A DNA stretch of 64,000 nt from Azolla caroliniana. Taxonomy: Eukaryota; Plantae; Polypodiophyta. The position numbers and the translations under genes were made by a program. Shown here piece by piece: positions 13,634 to 25,710 of the stretch (position 1 is its first letter; each line of letters starts with the position of its first letter). The notes beneath the pieces are model-generated. The model searched no databases and was not told the origin of the DNA. It saw nothing but the letters and a program-made list of their open reading frames with translations. The stretch is from positions 16,306,001-16,370,000 of the forward strand of contig JBHGNT010000009.1 in NCBI GenBank assembly GCA_043228905.1, read 5' to 3'.

Positions 13634-16600
13634 ATGGACAGAGGAATGGGAAGCTCACTTCCGACTGAAAAGCTTGACAGAAGCAACTACGCATCTTGGT
13701 CTTACAGGATGCACCAGTACCTGCTCGGCCATGGCTACTGGAGTTATGTCGAAGGAGCAAACAATGTGGCACCCGAGTCGACACACAAGGACTATCCGGC
13801 TTGGGAACAAGCATTAAGAAGAGTGTTGTACTGCTTCACATTCTACGCAAGTGATCAGCTTTTGAGCTATATTCGGGATGCCAAGACGCCGAAGGACGTG
13901 TGGGAAAATCTCAAAAGGATTTTCGCCGCCAGCACAACGGCCAGAAAGCTGCAACTCAGACAGAAGCTCAGCAATGTACGACAAAGAGATATGTCGGTGG
14001 CTGATTACACCACCAAGATCAAAGAAATTTGCGATTCTCTTGCCTCCGTCAACGTGAACGTCGAGGAAGATGAAATGGTGTAGGTTTGTCTTGGTGGCTT
14101 GGCGTCAAAGTTCGGACCTTTCCGAACAACAGTCTGGACGAGGGAGATTACGCCTTCGTTTTTCGAGCTTCAGTCAAAGAAAACCACGCGGGTGCGTCGA
14201 CCAAAAGGTCTTGTTCCCACTGTCCTCGTTGCTTTATCTTGTATTCTAGAACCACATTGTTCTTAGGGAATCTCTCTCGTAGTATCTCGCGAAATAACTC
14301 ATTTTGTGCCAACATCCTTAGTTTTTTGCATAAGCAGGCTTTTTTCATTTCCCTCGTAACTCATACTGGCTCTGGTTTAGCGACTTCCCTCGAAACGATA
14401 TAAATGATGTTTTATTTATGGTATCTTTGTTTGACCAGCCCCTTGTCGGATTTGAACCGATGGCTTACGCCTTATCATGGCGGTACTCTACCACTGAGGA
14501 GTGTGCACGCCGATGGCAAGATGCTTTACATGGAGGATGATAGGTCCTGTGTTCGTGGTGGATGAGGCGGATCGGCGCACAATGGAGGCAGCCGAAAAGA
14601 GCAGAATGTACGACATAATAGAGATGCCGGAAGCAATTCCAAACCCTCCGCAAGCAGGGGGAGTCATGGCGGCGCCGGAAGACGGCAAGAGAAGACCGCG
14701 CCGGATTGTTGGTACTATGGCAAGAAAGGCCACAAGGAGAGCGAGTGTTGGAAAAAGCGAGCCGATCCGGACAAAGCCGGATCGAGCTAAAGAGATGCAG
14801 AGAGGCGTCAGAGATCGCACTACACAGAAGGCTCTGAACGAGCCGGAAACAAATCGGGCCCAGCCTTCGTAATGAAGCATAAGGCCAATTCTATGGCCGT
14901 GAACACCTCGAAATCAAGCGAGGTGTGGTATGTTGATTCCGGAGCGTCAAATCATATGACGAGTCACGAGGAATGGTTCTCGTACCTGGAGAAACCGGAA
15001 TCACAAGGAGTGGTCGAAACGGGAGATGACACTCCGCATACCATCGAACATGTCAGCAAAGTTCCTCTCAGCCACGTTGGGCAGAAAGGGAAACTCATGA
15101 ACGTGTTGCACGTATTGACAATAACGAAGAACCTAGTGTCGATCGGTCAGATCGTCGACCAAGGAATGGAAGTTCGATTCACGCATCTCGGTTGCTTCAT
15201 AGAAGAGGAAGGCAAAGTAATCGCGCAAGGGCGCCGTGAAGGGAGGATGTTTATCCTCGACACTAATCAAGCCGGAACCGCATTGTACACGAAAGGACAA
15301 AAGGTCGAATCAGATATCGACCTATGGCACAAGCGGTTCAGCCACGTAAATTTCCCACGGCCTCATGAAATGCAGACGAGGAACATTGTTTTCAGGTTGC
15401 CGAAATTTCGTGGCCGGAGTGGCCAAGTCTGCGAAGCCTATCAGATGGGAAAACAACACTGACTTCCATTCCCCAATGAGCGTAATCGTAGTCAAATTTC
15501 GCTGGATTTGATCCATTCGGATGTGTGGGGTTCGACACAGAACGTGAGTCTCGGTGGAAACCGTTACTTTGTAACCTTCATCGACGACTTCACTCGGCAC
15601 ACGTGGGTATGCACGATCACGAAGAAGAGCGAAGTCTTCATATGTTTCCTGAAGGTTAAGAGCCTTGCAGAAAGGGAAACAAGGCGTAAGATCAAATGCC
15701 TACGGTCCGATGGTGGGAAGGAGTACTTCTCTGACCAATTCACAAGTTATCTACAGAAGGAGGGAATTCGACGCGAATTCTCGTTTATATCATATACGCC
15801 GGAGCAGAGTGGACGAATCGGATGATTGAAGAAGCGGCCAGGGCAATGCTTGAAGAGAAGCATATGCCGAAATTCTATTGGGCCGAAGCCGTGAAGATGG
15901 CTATCTACCTGCAGAATCGAACTTCTACTAATGGAGGAGTGTCGCCACATGAGCTGTATTTCGGAAAGAAACTGAATTTGGCACACTTGAGGATTTTCAG
16001 CAGCATCACGTATGTGCACGGGCCGAAGGAGAAGAGGAGGAAGCTAGATGCCAAGGCCGAGAAATGTATCTTGGTCCGCTATTCAGAAGAGCAAAAGGGG
16101 TATAAGTGTTATAACCCCCAGACAAAGGAAGTACGCGTAAGCCGCGATTTCATATTTGACGAGTTTGTTTCGTGGTACTTGCCTTCTCCTCCAGAACCTC
16201 ATGACTCCATTCCGGTTTCTGAAGAAGAAATCAGCGAGGCTGAAATGCCTCTGCATGATGAGGACGTCGAAGCTCTAAGAGAGAGTCTGATCTCATTTCG
16301 GCTAAGCAGGCCGAATGAGGGATTTGGCCGAGATGGCTAACCAGATGATGAGACGGCGAGTAGTGGAGACTCGGTCGTGCATTCCCCATGCAGGAAGCCG
16401 AGGAGATGGCTTACGCGCAAGGAAAAAGGCAAGAAGAAAATGTTGGAATACGACATCGGCAGTGCCGAGTCAGATCGGAGTGCGTCTGACTACAGGCAAA
16501 TTGAAAAAGAACCTCCACGGAAGAGATCGACTGTAGCCGAGAAGGTCGTGAAATCGGGTAATCACAAATTACGCCGATCTACCCGCCTCAAGAACCCCGT

Positions 16601-18212
16601 AAAGAGATACAGGTATAATGAATACATGGCGCACCATTATGCGTATATGACACGAGTGGTGGAAGTGCGTGAGCCGGAGAGCTACGCAGAAGCGGCGAGA
16701 GATGCAAATTGGCGTGCCGCGATGGAGGAAGAGATGCGCGGCTTAACGCAAAACGAGACATGGGACCTGGTTGACGCACCGAAGGGTGTGAAGCCGATCG
16801 GATGTCGGTGGGTGTATAAAGTGAAATACAATATCGACGGCTCCGTCAATCGATACAAGGCTAGCGAAAGGCTACGCGCAGCAACACGGCATCGATTACG
16901 ATGAGACCTTCACGCCTGTCGCGAAGATGACCATCGTTCGTGTTTTGCTAGTCGTAGTTGCAGCAAAGGGGTGGCACTTACATCAAATGGATGTAAAGAA
17001 TGCGTTCCTGCAAGGTGATCTTGAGGAACAGGTGTACCTGATACACCCCCCTGGATTTCTATCTGAATGAAACACCTCGGCGGTTTGCCGACTGAAGAAG
17101 TCATTGTACGGACTTAAGCAAGCTCCGCGAGCCTGGAACGTGAAGATTACGCAACAGCTGCGTAGGATGGGCTTTGCGACGTCGAAATCAGACTCTTCGC
17201 TATTTGTTCGGTAAGGTCAACACAGACCGATTAGTCTCCTATTATATGTTGATGATTTAGTCATCGCTGGTGCCGACCTGGACGAAATTTGTCGAATGAG
17301 GTCTCAGCTTGTGGCATCATTTGAAATGAAGGATCTCAAAGACCTTCATTACTTCCTCGGGATCGAAGTGATCCGTACCCCCGAAGGCATATTGATCAAC
17401 CAACGTCATTACGCGCTGAATATGCTCTTCAAGTTTGGGATGGCAAACTGTAAGCCCATCTAGATAGAAACGTGAAGCTTCGCCCAGATTCAACCAAGGC
17501 GCGCGACCCAACACGGTTCCGACAGATTGTCGGGAGCCTTATCTATTTGATGATTACTCGGCCGAATCTTAGCTACCCGGTCGGCTTAATCAGTCAATTC
17601 ATGTCGTAGCCTACGGCCGAACACTCTCAGTGTGCACAACGGATATTTCGATATGTCAGCGGCACAAAAGACATGGCGTTGCTATATCGAGCAGGCATAG
17701 CCAAACAGTTAGTCAGCTACACAGATGCCGATTGGGCTGGAAACACTAGTGATCGTCAATCCACATCCGGATACGCCTTCTTGTTAGGAAGTGCGGCGAT
17801 TGCGTGGAGCAGCAAGAAGCAGCCGACAGTGGCACTGTCGAGCACGGAGGCCGAATATTAAGGGGCGACTATCGCTACGTGCGGAGTCATTTGGCTCAAA
17901 CGGCTATTACGGGATCTGCGGGTAGAGGTGTTTGATCTGATGACGATCTTTTGTGACAGCCTCAGCAGTATCCACCTTGCGAAGAACCCCATTTTCCATG
18001 CCCATACCAAGCACATTGAGGTGCATTACCATTCTGTCTGCGAGCGGGTCCTTTTAGGTGAAGTCGGAGTGGTGCATGTTCCGACTAATCGGCAAGTTGC
18101 CGACATCTTGACCAAGCCTCTTGGTCTCGACAAGTTACGGCACTTCTCGGGTGAGCTAGGGTTGCGTCACCTCGACATGCCAAACTTGAGGGGGAGAAAG
18201 GAAGATGAATAG
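13634..18212 (+). pseudogene. Copia element 2 gag-pol with many stops and frameshifts
   Basis: Gag (LPTEKLDRSNYASW), protease WYVDSGASNHMT, integrase LWHKRFSH / IHSDVWG / RSDGGKEY, RT region, RNase H YTDADWAG, SSTEAEY, HTKHIEVHYH. Confidence 0.9.
14437..14498 (-). pseudogene. trnT-GGU: Truncated plastid-type tRNA-Thr(GGU) remnant inside a 297-bp foreign insert (probable NUPT)
   Basis: Minus strand reads CTCAGTGGTAGAGTACCGCCATGATAAGGCGTAAGCCATCGGTTCAAATCCGACAAGGGGCT, very close to land-plant chloroplast trnT-GGU as recalled; about 10 nt missing from the 5' end and anticodon GGT changed to GAT. Confidence 0.75.
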
Positions 18213-19174
18213 GAACAAGAGTGTGAAAGGAGCGGAGGTGTTCATCACGACGGAAGTGACCGTGATGAGGAATCGGATGAAGAAGTTGATTTTGGACCGG
18301 CTAAAGAAGCCGAAGAAGAAAGCAAGGGCCGCAATCGTAGGGAAGAGTCGAGGACAGCCAAGAAGGGTGTAAAGGCCAAGACCAAGACGTGGTCTGATGT
18401 AGTCAAAGGCTAGAAGATTGAGGACGAATTGGAGACAACCAACTCGGATGAGAGTGAAATTGAATCGAAAGAGTTGGATTCAATTGGTATGTTCGATTCA
18501 GATATGTCGAATCAACTGAAGGCCATGCGGAGAAAAGGGCAGCGAAGGACGCGCCGACATTACGATAGCAAGGGAGCTGAGAGGGGCTGAACAAGCTGAC
18601 AAGCTGACCGGAAGGGTCGAAGCGCGCGGAATCGAACGGGTCGAGGAGCGTGAGCGAGGCGTGAAGCCAGAAGGAACCGGAGTATAGATCCGGCGGAGCA
18701 AGTGGAACCTCATGTTGAGCTTGAGGGGGAGTGTTGAGAGACAAGCTCAACATTTAGTGCGAAGTACGCAGCGTAACCCAATGTGTAGACTGGGTGCGTG
18801 AAAAAGTACGCACAACAGGGCAGCATCGATGTGAAAACTGAAGAGGCCGTTAGAGCATTATTCCTCGTAAAGGAATAGGTTTGGGAGTTTGTGTAGTCGG
18901 CTCATTTATGAGCATTCAAGTACTGTCAGTACTTGTGTCAACCCGATTGTCAGGGCTTGTATATAAGGTGCTCACTAAGCACAAAGTACACACACACACA
19001 CACACACACACAATAGAGTGTCATTTTTTGAATTAGATTTTTATGTTGTCTGCTCTCTCCCTCTCCATCTCCATCTTTGCGTTTTCTGTGTTTTACTGAA
19101 TTGTCTTATTCCTCCGAACTGTGTACTCTGTGTCTTCACACACACTTCTGCACAACGTATTCTTTTACATCAAG

Positions 19175-22100
19175 CAGATGAGAGCTCGAGATAATGATGT
19201 AAGCTTAGACAAGGCCATCAACCGAACCATTGAGATAGCGGGCCAATTTGGTGGAAGAAACATTACGGATTTTCTCGCTACATACAAGACGAAGATGCAA
19301 CAACGTGATGTCATCGAAGAGAATCAAATATCAAGCTTCAAGCATGTCGTAGCAATTGGGTTACAAGGCCGTATAAGGGAGATTCAAGCCACCCAAAGAA
19401 CATGGGTGGGATTTGAAAGGGCACTTTTGGCTGAATATATGCTTGAAGATGCATCAAGGATGACTGGTCATACGTTGATGAAGTGGATCGAGAATAAGGG
19501 GAAGAACATGAACGCATCGGGAGTGTATACCGAATTTGACCAAATGTACAACCGTCTCCTGAGAACCAACCAAACACTTCTCGAAGGAGATAAAGTTTTG
19601 TACTTCTTAAAGGCGGTGGATGCAAAAGATGGACGAGAACTAGGTAGTCTATTAGAGGACGAAGCACAACCCAATGGTCTCATAACGGATTAGGTTGCGG
19701 TAAGAAGAGCATGTGATCGATTTGACAAGTGTCGTTGTTGGCTAGATGATTCCGACATGGTGGGCCCGATAGTCCAAAGAAGGAAGGCTCCAATAGCAAC
19801 TGAGATGACAAAGCAAATTGAGCCGACCAAAAGAGCAATGGAGAACTCTGTCATTGAAGAGTTGGCACGAAAATTCGAAGTGTTTTCATTAGCTAATATG
19901 AGTCGTCGAGGGCCGAAGGGGAAAGAACCATATAGATGTGTATGGTGTTATAGTGTTGATCATGCAAGGAAAGATTGTGCTAGCCTTCAAGAGGCAATTC
20001 GACAAAACCTCGTCTACATGGAAGGCAACATTGTACACTCAAGTGAGACTCGGAAGCCCTTGCAAGTGAATTTCGGTATGGGGGGTCTAAAGAAAATCAT
20101 GGATGAGGCTGATACAAGCCACGTCGAAGCTATACACTATGCTGCATCCACCGGTATAAGAATCGGGAAGGAGAAGCCTGGAATGATTAAACCGGGAACG
20201 GGGTTTTGGCTGACCGTCCTTGAATATGAAAAAAAAGGGAAGATTAATTCGGATGATGCAAAGCTAGGCAACCTTCATGTATGAGACCTTACCGGATGGG
20301 CGGATCCGGTTGATAACAACACGATCTCCGCAGAGGTCATATGCGAAACCCACGAAGTGTTTGTGGATGAGACGCGGAAGAGGACAGATCTAGATGAAGG
20401 CCCTTCTAAGAAACATGACACAAGAAGCTTTAAGAAGAAGGAAGAGATGATCAAGACCACACGTCAAGAAGATGGAAGCTCAAACAAGAGAGTTGAGGAA
20501 CCGACTCAACCCATTGAAGAGAATACCAAGAAGGGGAAGGATAGATCGATGCCAACATACAAATTAAGGTCAGATATTGAGGAAACAACTAACTTAAGGA
20601 AGGTTCTTGAAGAAAGAGTGCTTGATAGCCGTATTGACCTTACATTGAGAGAACTACTTGGAATTGCAAAGAAGGAGTTCCATGAGACCATCTTCGATCT
20701 TATCAAATGTAAAAGACAACAAGCGGATGAGGAAGAGGGAATTTCGACAAAGGTGACAACCAATGCCATAACTATGGCAAGAACGGAAGAGAAAGAAGAA
20801 GATCTAGTGGACAGTCATTGTACACGACTCCATTGGGTGAGCGCAACAATGGAAACTCCGGGTAAGATTGGAGAGAAGAAAGAGACAGTTGTGGCTCTTA
20901 TAGACCACGGATCAAAGATTAACCTCATGTCGATGGATTTCTACAAGAAGGGAAGATGGCCTATCAACACGAACCATGGATGGAAGATTCGTGTGACGAC
21001 GAAGGCAACAGAAGATCTTTATGGAGCATGTCCCAACATTCAAGTCACAATCAGGGATGTAGAGATCAACCAACACTTTTTTGTGCAAGATTCGGCTTCC
21101 CATTCGGTGATTCTTGGGCAACCCTACATAACATCATCAAGGATGGAGACTAAGGTGTTCGATAGTGGAGCAACATTCGCTCGGGTGAAGAGTCTTGATG
21201 GTCAAAAGTCGGTTCAATTCTTGACAGTGCGAGCTAATCATGAGAGGAACCGAGATAGCCTCAGAGATGAGGCCTCGGATTTTTAACATGGACTATTGAA
21301 GAATGGGACCAAGATAGTCCGAGAAAAAGTAAGTCCCCGAAAAGAAGAAAGAAGCAAGAAGGAAAACTATATTTAGCACTGAATGGTGCGTGTGGGATGA
21401 ATACAATCAATGAGAGAGAGAAACACCAAGTTCAAAACTTTGAACATTGGCTAAAAGAACAAGGAATGTTAAAAGAATAAGACAACATATCATGGGTCAT
21501 GGAGAAAGCCTCATTTAATGATACAATCGTAGAAATAGAGAGTATCGTGGACTCGAGCCCTCAACGAATGCCGATGAGGGGTCATGGAGGAGTTGGTCAA
21601 AGTAAACACAAAATATAAATCAATAGATAAGAAGGTCAAGCCGGTAGCTATTCCGTTACCGGAGGATAGTTGGCAAAGGATGAAAGAAGTTACCAAGGAT
21701 CCAAGTCTTAGAGACCCAAAAGGGATAGGCCATACCTTCTCCGATGAATCAAGAGGGAAACTCCAAGTCGGGAAGGATGACTTCCTTCTCCCCGAAGAAG
21801 AAGAAAGGTTTAGGATGATGCTTGAGAGACATGGGAAAGCCTTCGCCTTCTCTCCACAAGAAATCGGATGTGCCAACCCGAAGATGATAGAGTTGATGGT
21901 GATATTTACGGTGCCGCATGTACCTTGGAACCTCAAGCCGATACCAGTTCCAAGAGCTCACATTCCGAAGTTGATTGAGCTTCTAAAGGAAACGGTTAGG
22001 ATGGGAATTCTTGAGCCGTCCAATGCTCCCTACTCCAATAGATGGTTTACATTACCGAAGAAGAACGGGTCCTTACGCTTTATTCAAGATCTCCAACCCA

Positions 22101-22422
22101 TCAACAAGGTGACGATCTGAAATGCCGGAATTGGTCCAAGCATGATGAATTTGCCGAAGCCTTTGCGGGAAGATCGATCTATTCCATTGGTTATCTCTAC
22201 TCGGGCTATGATCAATTTCAATTGTCAGTCGATAGTAGAGACATTACAACAATGAGGACATCGATCGGGTTGGTAAGGATGTGCACCTTACCCCAAGGTG
22301 TGACAAACTCCGTAGCCCACATGGTGAATGCCATGAACAAAGTGTTAAAGGATTGTATTCATGATATCACAATGCCCTTCTTAGATGACATTCCGATCAA
22401 AGGATGCTTGGTGGAAGAAAAA
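19175..22422 (+). pseudogene. Ty3/gypsy gag, aspartic protease and N-terminal RT (truncated)
   Basis: Zinc knuckle CVWCYSVDHARKDC; protease ALIDHGSKINLM...VILGQPY; RT motifs KKNGSLRFIQDL, YSGYDQF, LPQGVTNS, FLDDIPIKG; cut at 22422 by an LTR. Confidence 0.88.
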
Positions 22423-22916
22423 TGTTATACTTTTTAGGGTTAGGGTTACTAATAATGATAATGATGATTGATAATGAAGATAGACATGGTGTAATAGTGG
22501 AGATGATGAATGGTATGATGGTGAGAGAGAACATGAAGAACAAGACAAGCATTAAGGGGTGGGGGGTGGTGCCTAAAATGGCTCCACCCCCCTCCCAAGG
22601 GGGTTCAACGTTAAGGGGGAAGAGAGAGAGAGAAAGATGTTAAAGAGAGAGAGAGAGAGAGAGAGAGAAATGATCATTGTCTTCATTCATTCCCCATAAG
22701 GGGGGTTAAATAGGTACAAAAGGGTAGATACACAAGGGTGCAAGTCCCCTTGGGCATTCACACCTAGTCACTCACTCACACCTCTTTGTATCCACCACAC
22801 ACACACTTACATTCACACTCATAATCATATAACATTACACATACATATCAGCACATTACATCTTTCACCCTCACTTATCACACTTATCAATCACCCGTAC
22901 ATCTCGTATGGTAACA
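22423..22916 (-). repeat. Solo LTR-like sequence (494 bp) without a matching TSD
   Basis: Termini TGTTAT...GTAACA; minus-strand TATA-like CTATTTAA followed by a (TC)n tract; flanks AAAAA and CAGTA differ. Confidence 0.6.
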
Positions 22917-23307
22917 CAGTATGGTATGCCCGTGGGAGAGTGCCTTGCACGTCGATCCCACATCCATTGATCATAATCTTTCTTCGACTAGAACTTCCAT
23001 CGGTCCTCCCAACGATCGACTCCCTCGATCGGAGCGCTTGACTCCAACATCTCCGTCGGTCAACGAATCTTCATCGACACGAACATTCCCGTTCTGTCAG
23101 TTCACGAACATTGATATCATGGGTCCAAAAACGTTGTGTATGTGTATCTTCCTTTTGTTGATTTTGTAAGTTATTTGTTGATCGTGTCCATTTCTTTTAG
23201 GTTGATGAGTTTTCGAAATTTTGTAGGTGCCCTTTAGTTTTCTTAAATTCTATCATGTACCCTCATGTTTTTTAAAATTATGTTTCATGCCCTCAATTTG
23301 TTTTTTC

Positions 23308-23719
23308 ACATGCACCTCTCTTTTCACAAAGGCATTCGAAACTCTGTCTCTCATGTGTGTAAGTAAGCCTTTTCCTTGTGTGTTCACGTGTCTTGTAACA
23401 AGGGAGTGTTCGGGCTTGCCCATGCACCTCTCTTTTCACAAAGGCATTCAAAACTTTGTCTCTCGTGTGTGTAAGTAAGTCTTTTCCTCATGTGTCCGTG
23501 TTTAAGCCTTACTCACGTGCATTCGTTTGCCTTGTGACTAGGGGTTGGTTCAGGCTTGCCCATGCATCTCTCCTTTTCACAAACACGTTAGAATACTCGT
23601 GCCTTGTTTGTGTAAGCCTTCCTTGTGTTGTGCGTTGTCGCATGGCGCGTGACACACGTGCCAAACATCGGGATGTGCACGTCACAAGCGTGGACAAGCA
23701 CCGAGCCTCTATCCGCTAG
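23308..23719 (+). mobile_element. Probable Helitron 3' end (same ~110-bp repeat family as 11915-12905)
   Basis: Aligns by eye with about 12586-12905, then imperfect GC-rich hairpins (23643-23663, 23675-23695) and ends CTAG|T at 23716-23720. Confidence 0.5.
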
Positions 23720-24415
23720 TGGTTATGGATGATGGGCGGCTGAAATGACGCACTAATGTGGTTAGAGTGAGAGAGAGAGAAACAGAAATTGAGGAAGTTT
23801 TTAAGATAGATAGATAGATAGATAGATACACATCACCACTAAGTTTTCTTATTATTAATTTTCGATTTGATACATAGATTGATTCGTAGATTGTTTGATT
23901 CATCCATTGATTGATCCCCCCCCCATTACACAAGCCTTACGAGGTTTTTTATAGGTTTATCTATCCTTCTAACATGCACAAAACCATGGGCTTGACCATG
24001 GTTTTCGGGCACACGGTTTTCCTTGTCGCATGCACAAAACCATAGGCTAAAACCATGGTTTTGTGTACACGGTTTTGTATGTTTGTTTCCTATAGAATAC
24101 TAAATATGAGAAGGAAATATACAAAATCTAAAGCACTTAGTAGTAGCTTTAGTGGTAAGATAATTGCTTCCTATCTTAGAAGTGCAAGGTTCAAATCTTG
24201 CTTGCACCCTTCTATATGCACTTGAATGTCATCAGACCCTAGGCTAATTTTTATATTTATAATCATTTGTATAATGTGTGTGGAGCCACACTATTTCACA
24301 ATTTCTCCCATTGGACACAGAACATCACGACAGTGTGTGAGCCCTATTTCCTTCCCGTCCATAACCCCGGCGGTTCCGCCTCACGATCCGCACATGGTGA
24401 TAGATTTTCACGACA

Positions 24416-25438
24416 CCGGTTGTTCAGGTTTCTCCAAAAACGAGAACCACTCTTCGTGGCTCGTCATGTGGTTTGATGCTCCGGAATCAACATACCATAC
24501 TTCCTCCGATCCGGAAGTGGTCTTCTTCATCAAGTTCGCCTTGTGCTTCATCACGAAGACTCGCCCTTTTTCGGTCTTCCCGGTTCCGGATCCTTTCGAT
24601 CCTTCTGCGTAGTGTGAGCTTTGTCGGTTCCCTTGTCCGGCCTTGCTGGATTTGGATTTATCCGAAACGGCATGCTTCTTCTAGCACTCGCTCTCTCTAT
24701 TGGATTTATCCGAATCGGCATGCTTCTTCCAGCACTCACTCTCGCTATGGCCTTTCTTGTCATTGTACTAGCATTCCGTGTCGGCTTTCGACTACCGGTT
24801 TGTGGAGGGTCCGAAACTACTGTCGGCACCGTCTCTATGCCTTTGGTTCTACTCTTGCCGGCCACCTCCATTGCGTGCCGACCCACCTCGTCCTCCACGC
24901 CCATGGGGTCGATCCGCCTCCGTATACAACATTTGATTGTCTAATTGAGTGGTCCTCGACCGACTCGCGTGGTTTTCTTCGACCATCAACATGGATTGTA
25001 AGTCGAAGAAGGACGGTGGCTTCTCTCGGGTGCAAATTGCCGTCCGGATTGGCTCGTACCGTTGTGCTAAACCACCAAAACAGATCTGGACCATCTCGTC
25101 TTCTTCCATCGTTGTGCATCGCAAATCTCCTTAATATTGGTGGTGTAGTTTGTAACCGACATATCTCTCTACCGGATGTTGTTCAGCTCTTGCCAGAGCT
25201 GCAACTTATGGACTGTGGTACTTGCGGCAAAAATTTTCCGTAGATTTTTCCCAAGCCTCCTTTGGCATTTTTGCATCCTTGATGTAGCCAAGCATTTGAT
25301 CGTGCACACCAGACACGAGGCAATACAATACTCAGCTCACTCCTTGCTCCCATACCGGGAAGTCTTTGTGTGCCGGCTTCGGTGCTACCTCGTTGGTTCC
25401 TTCCACATAGCTCCAATATCCATGCCCCAACAGGTACT
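24416..25438 (-). pseudogene. Copia gag-protease fragment, related to element 2
   Basis: MEEDEMVQICFGGLAQRYEPIRTAICTREKPPSFFDLQSML, and WYVDSGASNHMTSHEEW on the minus strand near 24440-24500; truncated at both ends. Confidence 0.85.
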
Positions 25439-25710
25439 GTCAAAATTTGTATGATAGCATGTGAGTTCATCAAAAGGGATTTTAATTAATCAGTGAGATA
25501 CAGAATATATATATATAAGGGTATTAATAAAGATTTGAATATATATATATATATATATATTTATTTATTTATTTATTTTTTTCCGGAAAAATATCCTTTC
25601 ATTAGTTATGAACAACATTACAAAAAATTGACCTACCATCAAGCTACCATTGATCTGGTGCATTCTTCCTTAGGTCCCATCCCTCAACACTCCACCACTC
25701 CTTAACCAAG

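Larger units (their letters stand above)
13122..19169 (+). mobile_element. Full-length Ty1/copia LTR retrotransposon (element 2), degenerate
   Basis: LTRs 13122-13529 and 18732-19169 (TG...CA); TSD TCAAG at 13117-13121 and 19170-19174; PBS TGGTATCAGAGC at 13530-13541; PPT GAGGGGGAG at 18723-18731. Confidence 0.95.
12908..24415 (+). mobile_element. Decayed non-chromoviral Ty3/gypsy element primed by tRNA-Trp, host to nested insertions
   Basis: LTR end ...TTTTCACGACA at 12991, with a related copy ending at 24415; PBS TGGTGAACCCGACG at 13000-13013; gag ATG at 13062 reads MASSTNTQVDEVAKLVAIVK and resumes in frame at 19175 (QMRARDND) once copia 2 is removed. Whether both LTR ends belong to one element is uncertain (about 7 mismatches in 83 nt). 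Confidence 0.65.

Noticed and set aside
14437-14498. Functional tRNA-Ile (anticodon GAT)
   Set aside because: The 5' acceptor strand is missing and the body is trnT-GGU-like; the anticodon is explained by one C>T change.
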